Origin: Camelus dromedarius
Lineage: Eukaryota
Length of the DNA: 64,000 nt
Direction of reading: 5' to 3'
NCBI RefSeq assembly: GCF_036321535.1
Contig: NC_087447.1
Location: 52,578,001-52,642,000 of the forward strand
Each line of letters starts with the position of its first letter. Position 1 is the first letter of the stretch. A program made the position numbers and the translations under genes. The notes under the pieces were generated by a model, which saw only the letters and a program-made list of their open reading frames with translations, made no database searches and was not told the origin of the DNA. This document shows positions 1-12,664 of this stretch, one piece after another.

Positions 1-75
1 TGTGCTCTTAAAAATGGCTAAAATGGTGAATTTTCTCTTAGGCATATTTTACCACAATTCAAAAAGTTTTAAAAA
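1..75 (+). mobile_element. L1MB-like LINE-1 extreme 3' end
   Basis: 'ttaaaaatggctaaaatggtgaatttt...attttaccacaat' followed by an A-rich tail, typical of the L1MA/MB 3' terminus. Confidence 0.75.
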
Positions 76-709
76 TAAGTAAGACTCTTACTATCTCATT
101 CTAAGGTATGACAGATTGAGCTTATGTCATATTCTAGACAAGCCAATCTATACATTTCTTTGAAATGAAAAAAAATCCTTTAAAAATGCATGAAAAAAAA
201 ATCAGAGTTCTTTACTTCTTGGCCCATGACTTGAAAAGTGACAGAATAGAAGTTAATGGCGTCACACCTGAGGCAGTGCCCAGTAATCTAAGCGGGTCCA
301 GTTTAACTGGCCAGCCAGTTTTCATGCTGCACCACAAGGAACTGGCCTGGTGCCGTATGACTCTTGGTACCAGAAAGAGAAAATCAGTGTGGGTTTTCCA
401 CAGAAAGCCTGCTCGTCATGAGTACTGGCGTACACCATTTGACTTTCATGTGTTTGGCCCATGGGAAAGTAAAGACCGAGATAGAACTGCCCACAGTTTG
501 GGGCCGAATTGTCCATGCTCATCCCCAAATTCTTTAACCTGATGGAATAAAGCAGCCCTAAGAAAAAGTGCACTGGCTTAGAAAACAGTAATAGCAACAG
601 AACATCAACGCTGCAGAGAACCTTCCCTTTTTTCAAAATTCCTCCTCATACAGTTTCACAATATCTCCAGAAACAGCCACCACCACCAACGAGGTGACAT
701 TTGCAACAG

Positions 710-969
710 TGATGATGATGATAACAACGCAGTTACCAGGCTGGAGGGCCTTTTCTGTGCCAGAGACCGAAAGAGGGACTCTACATGTAGAAGACTTAAT
801 TTCATTGCCCCAATCTCTTTCCAAGCAAACGTTCTTTTCTCACTTTTAAAAATGAAAACACCGGGTCTCAGAGAAATGAGGTGGTGTGGCCTAGGTAAGT
901 GGCAAAGCTAGGATTTGAATCCAGCTCTAACTGCAAAAACTATATTCTCTCTTCTATATCATACTGCCT
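710..969 (-). mobile_element. MIR SINE
   Basis: Antisense MIR core 'aaatgaaaacaccgggtctcagagaaatgag...ggcaaagctaggatttgaatccag'. Confidence 0.7.
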
Positions 970-1181
970 TAAGTAATAACCTCACGTCTTGTGTGAATTA
1001 CTATCATCTTGCCAAGATGCATGCCTGTAGTTGGCTAAGCTGGTGATAGCCTCAGTCTCTAGGCTGCTGGTTGTGGCTCAGAGGGGAGGCGCTCTGGGTA
1101 ACAGAGTGGAGACAGGAACCTGTGGGACTGCTTGCCCTGAGCGCCCCACCCCCACCCCTCCCAGCCATCTGCAAAAACTTG

Positions 1182-1355
1182 TAATAATAATTGCATCTAT
1201 TCATCGAGCAACTGCTGTAACAGGTACCATCGAGGTGGTTTTGCATGTTTTATCTCTAATCTTTATAGCAATTCCATAAGCTGGTATGTTACCCTCATTT
1301 TACAGATGAGGCTGGGAACAGTAAATGACATGCCAAAGCAAGACAGCTAGTCAGG
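1182..1355 (-). mobile_element. MIR SINE
   Basis: 'ccctcattttacagatgagg' core and 'acagctagt'. Confidence 0.75.
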
Positions 1356-2423
1356 GGGGAGTTTTCCTCTTCATATTGTACTGCCTCATGGCCGGAGCCC
1401 AGACCCAGTTTCCACGTCAGAGAAAAGCTGAGGGTGGTGAGGTTATCAATTAGGTGACTATTCATGAGGTGAGCAATCTGGGAAAATCAACCACTGGAGG
1501 GTGGGGTGGGACAAGGAGGGTAGAGAGACCCTTACCACCTCAGAAATTCAAAAGAAATTGCCTAAAGTCGTAAGAGCTATGAAAAAATATTTGGGTTTTG
1601 TTCCTGGAATAAACAGCTTTGAATCTATACTTGAACACACTGAGAGGATTGATTCACCCGCATCTGATGTATATTATTAAGCACACAGGTCTCATTCATT
1701 GCCTCTGAAACAGCCCCGTGGAGCCTGATTCTCCAGCCATTAGCTTTGGTGAAAGATTCTCTTCAGACCATGTATTTACATGGCAGGTGATGTTATGGGA
1801 AGGATTTTTTTAAACCAAACTCTCACAGGAGAGTGGCATAGTTACATGAAATTTTTAAATACGTTTCCCAGCTCTAGCGCCCCTACCCCTACACATCCTT
1901 CCCTCCCCTTCCTATTCTGGAAGTTCAGCTCTTACACACAGAGCTCTAATGATCCGATAATGCATTTGAGTTAATACACCCTGGCTCTTGAACTCCAGGG
2001 CAATGCCCTGAACCCCACCTATTAATCTGACTCTGAGAAGGGTTCACAGTAGAGTTGTTACAATCATCCCTTCCACTGGGGAGAAGGGGAGAGTTCAAGA
2101 CTAAGAACAGCTGCACATCTAAATAACACACAGCCTCTTCCTATCTGTTGGGAAGACGAGGCCACACGTGGGTGTGCTCCTTGCTCATGTGGTGTCCTTG
2201 ACGCCCGCCAGGTCCGTGGATGGTCCTTAATAATTAATCCTGGGCCTGCTTGGCCAGAAAGTGCTTCCTAAATAACCTTCTGTCAATAGTAGTTTGAATT
2301 AAGACCAAGTTGTAAATGCAGCAGTTTTCAGTTGATTGCCTTTGGGTACCTCGCCCCGCCCTGTGTCCACCTCGGCAGCAGGGCCCCGGGGAGACTATAC
2401 AAAGGGAGGGACCCCATCCAGGT

Positions 2424-2793
2424 TGCCATGGGCTGAATTCTGCCCTCCTCCCCAAACTTTGTGTTGAAGTCTTAACCCCCAATACCTCAGACTGCGACTG
2501 TTTGGAGATCTGGTTTTAAAGAGGTAGAATGAGGTCACAGGAGTGGGCCTTAACCCAACAGGACTGGTGTCCTTTTAAGAAGAGAAGACTGGGATACAGG
2601 CACAGAGGAAAGGCCATGTGAGGACACTAGAAGACGGCCATTTACAAGCCAAGTAGGAGGCCTGAGGAGAAACCCACCCTGCAACACTTCGATCTCAGAC
2701 TTCCAGCCTCCAGTACCGGAAGAAAGCACATTTCTGAGGTGCAGGCCACCCGTCTGTCGTGCTTTGTTATGCAGCCCTAGCTGACTGTGAACA
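2424..2793 (+). mobile_element. MaLR solo LTR (MLT1A/B-like)
   Basis: TG...CA termini; 'tgccatgggctgaat', 'gaagtcttaacccccaatacctcag', 'gacttccagcctccag', 'tttgttatgcagccctagctgac'. Confidence 0.9.
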
Positions 2794-3294
2794 AGGGTAC
2801 TCATCTGCAAAGAGCAGTGTTTCGGTGTAGGCGGTGGGGGTGGGGGGAAATAACCATTATTTAGCAACGTCTACAGGCAGAACACTCCCCTCCACCCCGA
2901 GATCTCATTTAATCCACATGACAGCTGGAGACCCTCATACCTCCCTAAGAGCAAGCTCTCTCTACAAAGGCTTTGTGTCCACTTACTTTTTCAATCATTG
3001 AAAAATTTTCAATTATAAGAAAACTGTGAATCTCACCAGTTGTGGGACATTTGGGAAACACTGAACTGGAGACTAAGAACTGAAAAGAGAAAGCGGTGAG
3101 CCCAAGTCCAGGAATCAGAATCTGGTCAGAGCTGTGCAACTTCTCGGGGAAAAGACGTCTCTCCCACAAACCCAGAAGGCTGGATTCTCCTTTCAGGGTT
3201 AGTAAACACACTGAATCTTGTGCAAAGACCCTGCAGGGAATCAAGAGCTCTGGCTTATGACCACTAGAGCAGAGGGTTTCAGTGGAGTCCTGGT

Positions 3295-3545
3295 AGAGAA
3301 GAGATGATGCAGTAGAGAGAAGGGAGAAGAGAAGAGGGAGGGAGAGGAGAGAGGGATGGGGGAGAGGAGGACAGAGGAGGAAAGAAGGAAGGAAAGGAGG
3401 TGGAGGAGAGAGGAGAATGATGGGAAGAGAGAAAGGAAAATAAAAGAGAAGGGAGGGGAGCAGAAACAGAGTAAGGATGGAAAAGAGGAAAAGGAGAGGA
3501 GGGGAGGATGCGGGAGGAGAGGAGGGAGAAGGCAAGAGGGGACGA
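3295..3545 (+). repeat. GA-rich polypurine low-complexity tract
   Basis: About 250 nt, almost entirely G/A (gagaagggagaagagaagaggg...). Confidence 0.9.
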
Positions 3546-4084
3546 TGTGGGACTGGGCCCTGCCTACCACTGGTCCAGCTGGGCGACCGCAGAAGGCTGC
3601 ATGTGGCAGCTGACAAATCCAAGCCCTAACCCCAGAAAGGTAGGCCCAGATATGGGGGCATTTTAGCACATGCATTACCTGCAAACATGCAAAATAAATA
3701 TTGAAACCTCTCACAGGATGGTGAGGAAGAATGTCCTAAAGAGTTCCTAGTGCTCAGGGAAATTATTAGTGTGAAATCCACAGGTATTAAAACAGATGTA
3801 ACTGGCACAGTTCCTTAGGTGGGATTTCTTTTTTTGTTGGGTTTTAGGGAATGTAAAAATACGTGTAAGGGCTTCTGTATATTTCCTCCTGATCTTGATC
3901 CCTTGAATCCTCTGGCTACTTTCTCAAACTAAGCACCTGTGAGGGGATGGAAAAATGAGCAGTTGATACATGAGGTGAATCTCAACGGAGGATCAGTTTT
4001 ACTTATTAGCGAATCATTTAAAACATGCTTAATGTGAATGTAAATGTGGATATTTACATGGTACAAAATTTTGTCTATGCATAG

Positions 4085-4220
4085 CGTGTTATCTTGGGCA
4101 AGTTACTTTAACTCTTTTAGTCTCAATTCCCACATCTGTGAGAAGAATCCATAAAGAGCAGGTGGGAAGTGATGTAACATATGTAAACTCCCAGAACTTA
4201 GCAGGTGCTGGACAAACAGG
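4085..4220 (+). mobile_element. MIR SINE
   Basis: 'tcttgggcaagttactttaactc...tctcaattcccacatctgt'. Confidence 0.7.
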
Positions 4221-4324
4221 AGGTCCCTTCCCTTCCTCCACCTGCAGTTAGCCTTCCTGAGAGTTTCCACAGCTTTCCTCTTCTCCACTATCTCACAAAT
4301 ATTTTCTCTTAATCATATGTCTAT

Positions 4325-4455
4325 ATTTCTGTTTACTGGAATTACAGTGTGTGCTTTTTAAGAGCAGGGACGGTATCATCTTCCTTTCCGGTTCCCAGAC
4401 CTTGGCACCGTGCCAGCACAGAGTAGGTGCTCGTTAAACAGGGACAAATGAATCC
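4325..4455 (+). mobile_element. L2 3' end
   Basis: 'gagcagggac...ggcaccgtgccagcacagagtaggtgctc...aaatgaat'. Confidence 0.75.
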
Positions 4456-5194
4456 GTCAAACATTTCTTTTTCAAATGCTCCTGTGATGCCTGTGGCAGC
4501 TCTCGCAATATGAATGAGCTCCCTTCTGCCTCCCAGAATAAGAGCCCCTTGACGTCCAAAGGTAGGTCTTACCCATCCTTTTATACCCTGGTTAAGTAGT
4601 GCCTGAGAAGAAGTTGTAGGGCCTCAATCAATATTTGCCAAATGGATTTTACTTTGATTTGAGATAGAACCAAAGCTAATATTGACTGGGTTCCACCAGT
4701 GGCATGAAAAATAAAAGAAGGAGGCTCCACAGTGTAACACCAGAAATTGCTTAGTCCTACAGGCTCGGCCGAGTCCAGACTTGTCCAGGCAGACTCAGCT
4801 GATGAGCCCGTCCCTGGTGTCTGATCCCAGAGCACAGTGGGATCTCCAGGCCACGGAGGGGCAGAGGAAACGCCTTAGCGGGCAGTCGGTCACTGAGAGC
4901 AGTGGAGGCCGGCTTCCCGGCACCTCACAGCATTTAGGTGGAGATGATTTCCAGGCTACTGAAATGGTGTCCCCCTCAGCAGCCTTCTAGAGTCTTCAGT
5001 CCTGGCAACACTGGTCTCTCCCTTCTCTGTGCTCTTGCTATTGCTTGAGAGAAAAAAAAATCCTGCAGTTTTCCCCCATCACAGGGTGGCTCGCTGTTTG
5101 TGTGTTTGTCTTACTTGGCGGTTGCCACCGGGGCAGTTAAAAAGATGATCGGGCTTTCCTGTTAAACTGGCACAAGCTCTCATTTCTGCCTCTC

Positions 5195-5355
5195 GCCAGC
5201 TAGCAGTTAAATTGCCCTAGGCACTGACTTTACCTCTGGGGCCTCAGCTTTCTCAGATGTAAAATGGGCACAAGAATCCCTGCTTTCCTGAGACACACAG
5301 TGGAAAGTGCTTAGCACCAGGCCTGGCACAGAGCAGGTGCTCCATAAATGGCAAC
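5195..5355 (+). mobile_element. MIR SINE
   Basis: 'gcctcagctttctcagatgtaaaatggg...aaagtgcttagcaccaggcctggcacagag'. Confidence 0.75.
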
Positions 5356-6304
5356 CTTCCCTCTTTTTCCTCTACTTGCCCTCTTTGGAAGGAAGAGCCA
5401 AGTCTGACTTTTTTTTAAGACTCTCAAAGACCTTATACAGAGCCTGATAAAGGGTAGATGCTCAGCATTTATTTTTATAATGAATGAGGGTCAGATTTTA
5501 TACAACATTTTCCCCCATGCCTCCCCACCAAATGTCATGAAGACCCTACCTCAGACTGGCCCTCCTAACAGAAATGCAGCCTGTGGTAGAGTGAGTGTGG
5601 AAGGAATCACATAAAAATGCAAATAATTCAAATAGGTGGTGCAGTTCAAGGAGAATGTTTTTTTTTTTTTTCTTGTTGCAAAGCAGGTTTAATTATAATT
5701 ACAGTTTAAAAAAAAGATTTCCAGTAGAGAATCTGCATCTGAGTGTTTCAGGCATTTAAAAAAAAAAGTTTTGGAGAAGAATCCAGGAATGATGGTTACT
5801 TTCTCTATACAGACAGAGTGGCAAATCACCTCTCTCGGCCATCAGCTCTGAGTTCCTTGCTTGTGAGCCCTTTCTCAAAAAGGAGGGGAGTCTGGGTTGT
5901 TGCAGAAGGTACCAGAAGCCAAACAAGCTCCTCCCAGCTCTGCTCCTTCTCCATATCTCCCAGTTTCCAGGACCCTGCCAGAGCAGTGAGAGGACTGGAA
6001 GTCTAGGACAGCCTGCTACCACCATCACCAATGCCAACCCTTCCCTTCAGGAAGTGAGGGCTGAGAAAAAGACCTCAGAACGATGGGCGCCTTTCCTCTT
6101 GGTCCACACTGTACCTGGGCCCCTGAGGGCTAATACCCTGCCCAGGACCTCACAGCTGTAAGCAGCAGGGCAGGGGTGGTGGACTGGGAACAGGGATGCA
6201 GCCTCCCAGTGAAACATGGCTGCCCACCAGCAGTGTTTAAGGCTGTGGGGTCTTTCCTGGATCTAGTCTCCTGTGTTGTGCGTTCCCCTGGCCCCAGGGT
6301 GCTG

Positions 6305-6460
6305 TCTGCTGCGGTGTGCAGAGCACTGGACTGGGGATCAAGACACAGGGGTCTGAGGACTGGCTGGCCCGGCCTCCACCTGCTGTGTGACCCTAGTCAA
6401 GTCACTGTGCCCTTTCACCCTCAGTCTCCCTTTCTGTAAGTGAAGGGTTGGGCTGGATGC
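6305..6460 (+). mobile_element. MIR/MIR3 SINE
   Basis: 'agagcactggactgggga...gctgtgtgaccctagtcaagtcact...gggttgggctggatg'. Confidence 0.7.
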
Positions 6461-6574
6461 CACTGCGTGAAATTCCCCACAGATGAATTTATCTGATCCA
6501 GTGAATGCCCATTTGCCCCTAGCAGGGACCCTGTGCGAGGCTCGGGACCCAGACGGTTACCTTGTTGGTTCTCA

Positions 6575-7010
6575 AGTAACCCTGGGAGGTGGGCTCCCCT
6601 CTCCCTACCTTGTAAGAAAACGAAAGCTCATAGAGGTCAGGGGCATCAGCCTGTCCAAGATCACACAGCTAGAAGACAGTAAGCAAGCTGGGTTTCAGGA
6701 AGGGAGTGAAGAATGGGAGCATTCGGAGCCCGGGGCAGGCTGGCCGGTGAGGCATCCTGAGGGGGACATGTGTGGTGGACAGCAGGGAACATGCCGCAGG
6801 CCTGGGCTGAGTGGACAGAACCCCGATGTGAGCCCCATAGGCCTGGCCTTGAGTCCAGGCTCTGATGCCCTTTTGCTGTGTGACACTTGGAGACATCACT
6901 GTGTGTCTGAGCCTCAGTTTTCTTCTTCCTTAAAATGGGGATAACAACCTCTCGCCGGCCCATCTCATAGGCCTATCGAGAAGATCAAATGAGAAAACGG
7001 GTCTGAAAGC
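6575..7010. mobile_element. Two MIR fragments (minus about 6575-6700, plus about 6830-7010)
   Basis: 'ccaagatcacacagctag' and 'tctgagcctcagtttt...taaaatggggataac'. Confidence 0.65.
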
Positions 7011-9229
7011 AGCTGCTTACAATTCTCAGGAGCCAGTGCCTCATCACTTACTGGTTCTGTGTCCCCTGAGCCTCAGATTCTCTGCCTGCGACATTGGGAC
7101 CCTCAGCCCTGCCTCCCAGGGTTGTGGTGGGGGTCGTGTCGATGTCTGAGGGTCAGACCTGCCCGGTGCTCCCTGTGACAGGATAGTTGTTGTCAGGAAC
7201 ACACACTGCAGGGGTCGGCCTACAGGCAGGGAACTGCACTCCACGTTGCCTGAGGGACGTTTCCAGGCAGACATGTCCTGCAGGCAGGGCCTCTGCCACA
7301 CCTGTTACAGGCTTCTCCCCGACCTGGCCCCTCAGCAGACAGAGGCTCTGGAGGCTGGAGAGCTCCTTTTCTCTTCTCCTCAGGACCTGGGGATGTGTGT
7401 CTCTGCTCTGACAGGGCTGGCTCACGGCCTGCCTTACCCACATTTCTAGAACCTTCCAATCGCCCTTCCTGGGGCAGCCCCCGGGTCCCAGGAAGGCAGG
7501 CACTTTCTCTACCCCAGGCCAGGCTGTGTATGGATGGGGTGTGTTCAGCAGATGCTGTGCTCGGGGAGACGGGATTCAGTAAAAAGGAGAGAGGCCACGG
7601 CAACCGCAGGCCCTTCCAGTGCTTCTCTCCTGGGCCAACCAGCACCCCGGCCGGCACTGGCTCCTCTCCACGGCAAAGCTGTGACGCACACGGGCTGGTT
7701 CTGTTCCCAACAGGGCACCAGTTTACCGAGGGCACGTCTGTGTCTCCCCGAGCGGTCTGGGGGTTGCTTCCACACAAAACAGCACAGGCATCTGAGAGGG
7801 GAGAAAAGTGGGGCCCTGGGCAGGGAGAGGGTGAAGGAGGGAGGGGACGGGGGGGTCAGGCAGCGGTGCCCAGCCCTGGTTGTTCATTAGACTCAGCTGG
7901 GCCCACCCCAGGCCAATGAGTCAGGACTTCTGAGCCTGGGCCTGGGCGTTGGCACTTTTCCACAGCCACACAGAACCCTCTGCCTGAAGGGCGCCTCAGT
8001 CACACTGAGTCCTCACAGGCACGTCACCACAGGAGCATTAGTCCTGGGCTGGGTTTGAACCAGGTCCCTCTGACCCCAGACTCCATACTACGCAGGCTCC
8101 CAGAGGCACACCCAGAAACCCAGGCTCAACACTGTCTGCACACCTGTACCACAAACTATGCCCACCGAACCCCTCCACTGCCCACAACCTCTGGTGGCTT
8201 CATTTTCCCAGTTGGCATTTCATTTTTACGTTCAGGGCATAAAGGGTCAACAGCTCCCCCCCAAGCAATTTCTCCTCTGAAGTAGTGAAATAGCTGAGCA
8301 ATTTGGGAGCCATTTAAAATGCATAGTTTGGCTGGGGGACCCTGTGGGGGTGGGGGGAACTTGCCTTCCTTTTCTGCTAAACCCTGATGCAGAATGTAGC
8401 AGCCTTCCCATCAGGATTTTTTTTCCCCAGAGTCTTGTTAGTGGTTAGGCCAGAAGCCCTTCCACGTGCACTGCGCTCCGTGTGGCGGGACAGGAGACAG
8501 ACACGTTGTGGACCATGCAGGTGACCAGGAGCACAGGCTCCAGGCTCATAATGGCCCAGGTCAAACTTGGGCTCCAACCCTTCCCTGCTGCGTGACCTTG
8601 GTGAGGCCCTGAACCCTGGCCTCCTCTTCTGGGAAAGTTTACCATGATTAGGCAAGAGGGGGACTGCAAAGGCCCTGCACACTGTTCACTCAAAAAAAAA
8701 GTAGCTGTTATTATGAAACACTGAGATGACTATTATTTGACTGCTGCCCTAGTCTTTGTCTTCTGCAAAGCCAGGCCCTTCAGTGAGTACAGGAACCACT
8801 GGACAGCGAGGACGGCACTGGGCATTCTAGAGAACTCTTCTCTCTGGATGGCCTGGCCTCCAAAACACCATCTATGTAGATCAGGATAAGAAAACAAAAT
8901 GTAAAAAGGGCTGATACCCAGGCCCTACCATCAGAAGTCCTGGCTCTGCTGGCCCGGGTCGGCACAGGCTGAGCATCCTAGGGTAGTCTAGTGAACAGCT
9001 GGGCTAAGAACCTCCACTTAATTCTTCCCTTCACTCTTCCCTTCTCAGCTTCCGCCTCCTCCCTGCTCAAATGGGTGATGGTACGGAGAAGACCATCCCC
9101 AGACTGCTTAGACAGACACGAACGTGCTCTTGGTAAAGTGAGGTTAGTCGGTGGGAACTGACTCAATCCATCTCCAGCCACATTCTTCCCTCCTGGAGGA
9201 ACCACTGCCACCCCATTTTCTAGCCACAT

Positions 9230-9450
9230 GTCCATGCATTTAATTGACAAGTACACCCTGAGCACCTACTTCATGTCAGGCACTGGGCAGGATGCCGGGA
9301 AGGTGGTGGGTGGGTGGTGGTACCGTCCTGCCCTCGAGGAGCTGCCATTCTGAGCAAGGGGCTGAGAGTGGGAACTTAAGAAGGAGCATGGTGTGGGGAC
9401 AAAGAGAGGAAAGCATGGTCAGGATGAGAGCAGAGAAACAGGCAGTGGTC
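9230..9450 (-). mobile_element. L2 fragment
   Basis: 'ctgagcacctact...tgtcaggcactgggc...gtcctgccctcgaggagct'. Confidence 0.6.
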
Positions 9451-9504
9451 AGATACTCATGATACAAAAATACCCATGGAAAGGCAGAATTACATGGCCT
9501 TGGC

Positions 9505-9890
9505 CAGGAACATGGCTGCCAGAGCTGAAGTGCCAGGGTTCAGATTTTGCCTCGGCCACTTACAAGCTCTGTGACTTCAGGCTACGTACTTAATCTCTCT
9601 GTGCTCCAGAGTCCCCGTCTCCAAATTGGAGACAAAGCTAGTGCTTCTTACTTCCAAGGTTTTTTGTGAAGATTCAATTAGTTAGTTCATGCAAACCACT
9701 CAGCAGTGTCTGGAGCACATTAGGTAGTATATCAACATTTGCTATCATTATTATAATGGCTGTGGTTCAGCCTCCTCACCTACAAAGTAGGATAACACAT
9801 CTAACTCAGAAAGCTTTTGTGAAGATTAAATGAGAAAGTAGAGGGGGAATCCTTACGACACTACCTGATAACACGGTAAACAGGCAATTC
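9505..9890 (+). mobile_element. Near full-length MIR (9505-9755) plus a second MIR 3' half
   Basis: 'gggttcag...gccacttacaagctctgtgact...gtgaagattcaattag...ttgctatcattatt'; second copy 'gtgaagattaaatgaga'. Confidence 0.75.
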
Positions 9891-10049
9891 AAGATCACCA
9901 TCAACGTTTCCATAGTTAAGCATCATGTTTTCTGGGCAGAGAATACTCCACATCTTGGAGCCAACTCGCAAACAGCCAACGATCCAGAAGTGGGAGGGGC
10001 TTTCTCAGGGTTAGTGCCCTTCCACCCGGAATGCAAGCCCGGCGCTGGA

Positions 10050-10068
10050 CAGCGCCCTCTGCAGGGTG
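10050..10068 (-). promoter_or_regulatory. Candidate CTCF site
   Basis: Minus strand CACCCTGCAGAGGGCGCTG closely matches the CTCF core CCNSYAGRKGGCRS; lies in non-repeat DNA. Confidence 0.5.
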
Positions 10069-10519
10069 GCTGGAAGAGGTGCCTTTCCAGGCTAAGAGTC
10101 TGTGATGCTGTCTCTAATCTCTAGCAATTCCTGCCCATCTTTAAACATGTTCACAAACCCGTCCTCGAGGCTTTGTCCCAGACAGTAATCCTTTCCTTCC
10201 TGTTTTCTTGCCATGGCAAAGAGACAGCAAATCCAGACATCTCCTGCCCCAGGAGCTGACAACGCTTATAAAGAGCATGTCATTCAAGGGCGTAAAGTGG
10301 TCCCCTCGGGTTGGCACCCCAGCCTTCTCCACCCTCCCAGCAGAAGGGACACCAGTGGCCCTGCTGCACCCACCAAAGGCCCAGGGAGGCTAGTGGGCAA
10401 CTTCCCAGGCAGCCACCTCTGAAGACAAGGACTGAGAACTAGCTAGGACTCACAGGGTCTCCAGAAGCAAGCGGTCGCTCCTCTCCCCTCTCTCTCTGGG
10501 TGCAGTTCATTGGCGCCCT

Positions 10520-10600
10520 CTAAAAATAGCAGTGGTTATTCAGGGAAATACACCGTGCTCTGTCTCTGGGGATGCCAGCACAGGCCTCTTTCAAAAATAG
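10520..10600 (+). promoter_or_regulatory. Paired MEF2-like sites
   Basis: Perfect CTAAAAATAG at 10520-10529 and variant TCAAAAATAG at 10591-10600. Confidence 0.35.
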
Positions 10601-10774
10601 AACCCCAATCAGGTACGATTCTTAACTCCTTGTCTCTTCCCACCAGTCCCAGAAAAAGTCCTTCAGATGGATCCAGAGACAGGCCAGCGGCCCCGCCCCA
10701 GATGCTAGGGATAGTCTGAGCTGGGGTTCTCACGAGCTTGTCTCCTTCCAAATCCCTTGTTTCCGCTTTAAAAA

Positions 10775-11360
10775 ATCCATTTTCTCTTGATTGTAAAAGT
10801 AATATAGATTTATTCTAGGTATTATGGAAAACATTAAAAGGTAATCTCGCCATCCAGAAATAATCATTGACATTAGTCTGTTTTCCTCTCTCCTACATTC
10901 TCTGTGACTCTCACACACGCACTCACTCACACACACACATTTATTTATAGAACCGGTATAGTGCATCTTACGTCTTTTCCTCACTGAATGTCACATCAAA
11001 GGTATTTTCCTATATCACTAAGTATTCTCCAGCATGAGTTCTTAATGTGAGTATAATATGGAGGTTAAGTACACAGGTTCTGCTTCAGAAAGATCTGGGT
11101 TCAAGTCCCGACTCTGTCACTTACAGGTTTTATGGCTGTGGGCAGCTACTTGAACTCGGTACGCCTCAGTTTTCACATTTACGAAATGGGGTAATAATAG
11201 TACCCATCTCAGTACTGTTAGGAAGGTAAAGGGTGGGATTTGCTTCGTAACTGCTCAGTAGATGCTTATAATAATAACCCCACCCCTGACAACAAGCTCT
11301 CTTGAACTATCATTGAGTTCATGATTCTGTGTTGATGGATATTTAGCTTGTTTCTAAAGC
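10775..11360 (-). mobile_element. Old L1ME-type 3' fragment interrupted by a MIR (+, about 11045-11275)
   Basis: 'ttgattgtaaaagtaatata...aatctcgccatccagaaataatcattgacatt' and 'gttgatggatatttagcttgtttcta'; MIR 'gggttcaagtcccgactctgtcactta...cctcagtttt...aaatggggtaataatagtacc'. Confidence 0.6.
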
Positions 11361-11899
11361 CCGTGTTCTCCCACCTCTCCTTCCATCTCGGGGAAGTTCT
11401 GGAGTTCATGGAGGGGCTATGATGGTGGCGTTCTGGTTACAAACCTTGCAGATGAGGAACAGATCAGCTGGTGGATCGTGGGTGGGGGATGTGGGGGGAG
11501 GGGAAAGCTAGCAAAGGCTTAATCATGTGATCTCCCCAGGAGCCCTGCTTCTTGACTCCCCCACCAAACCTCACAAACTCTGGGATGATGGGCAGCGCCG
11601 GGCTCCCTCCACACTCTCCCTCGCCTGGGTGAGTCAGGGCCCCACACCGCCAGCCTAAAGCGGTGCCTGGACAAGGGGTTGCTTGCTCTGATTCTCAGCC
11701 AGATTCCATCCTGATCACCTTTCTCCTCCAAATCCAGTGCCCTAGGAAGTTGAAATATCTTTTTTCCCCATTTGAATCCTTTCATTGTGCCTAGAAGTAA
11801 TACCAGCTGGGCCCTGATAAAGAGAACAAGGCTCAGAAAGGTTAGGTGACTTCTTTGTGGTCACACAGCTAGTCATTAATCAAGCCTCAATGAGAAATT

Positions 11900-12276
11900 T
11901 GTTATGGGCTGAACTGTGTCCTCCTCAAACTCATATGTTGAAGCTCTAGCCTCCAGCAAACCCAGAATGTGTCTGTATTTGGAGAGAGGGCCTTTAAAGA
12001 GGTAAAATGAGGTCATGTGGGTGGACCTTAATCCAATCTGACCGGAATAAGAAAGAAGGAGAGATTAGGACAACACAATCAGAGGGACAGCCAAATGAAG
12101 ACACAGTGAGAAGGCAGCGATTCGTAAGCCAAGGAGAGAGACCTCAGAAGAAACCCAACCTGCTGGCACCTGGGTCATGGACCTCTAGCCTCTACAATTG
12201 TGAAAAAATAAACGTCTGTTGTTTAAAACACTCAGTCTGTGGTATTTTGTTACAGCAGCCCCAGCACATTAATACA
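11900..12276 (+). mobile_element. MaLR solo LTR (MLT1A-like)
   Basis: 'tgttatgggctgaactgtgtcc...aagccaaggagagagacctcagaagaaacc...ttgttacagcagcc...taataca'; TG...CA termini. Confidence 0.92.
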
Positions 12277-12664
12277 AAGCTTAAAAACAAAACCCAAACT
12301 GAATAGTTTGTAAGGTTACAAAGTAATTTCATGTTTTTTGATTGTTTTGATTTTACCAGTGATCTTGGGAGGCAGAAAGAATATTTTAATCCCAGCATGG
12401 TTGGAAATGTAAAGTGCTTGGCCCGGTGCCTGGAAAGAGGAGATAAGTGGTTATTCTCACCTTCGAGCATTTGTACCTGCCGTGGATTCTAAGAGGAAGA
12501 CTTATCAAGAGTGGGTGGAAGCCACAGGGAGAGAGGTTACAAATGCCATCTAAGGAAGGTCTGCCCAAGGCTGCAAGGGCCACCTCAGGAGGGAGGGCTC
12601 CCATCACAGGACACAGGACAGCAGAGGCAGGATGACTGGGTACCACCGGGTACCACACTGCAGA

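Noticed and set aside
2945..3714. Long ORFs (225 aa, 157 aa) rich in L/S/P/F
   Set aside because: Artefact of the GA/CT low-complexity tract, which lacks stop codons; no domain recognised.
7153..7919. Overlapping ORFs of 116-185 aa on both strands; possible CpG island
   Set aside because: High GC content lowers stop frequency; CpG is only mildly elevated and no promoter features are evident.
10208..10219. Palindrome TTGCCATGGCAA as an RFX site
   Set aside because: Both terminal consensus bases (G...C) are mismatched.
2424..12276. Two same-orientation MLT1 LTRs 9.5 kb apart as ends of one provirus
   Set aside because: The intervening DNA is MIR/L2/unique with no retroviral internal sequence, and no convincing shared TSD; they are independent solo LTRs.
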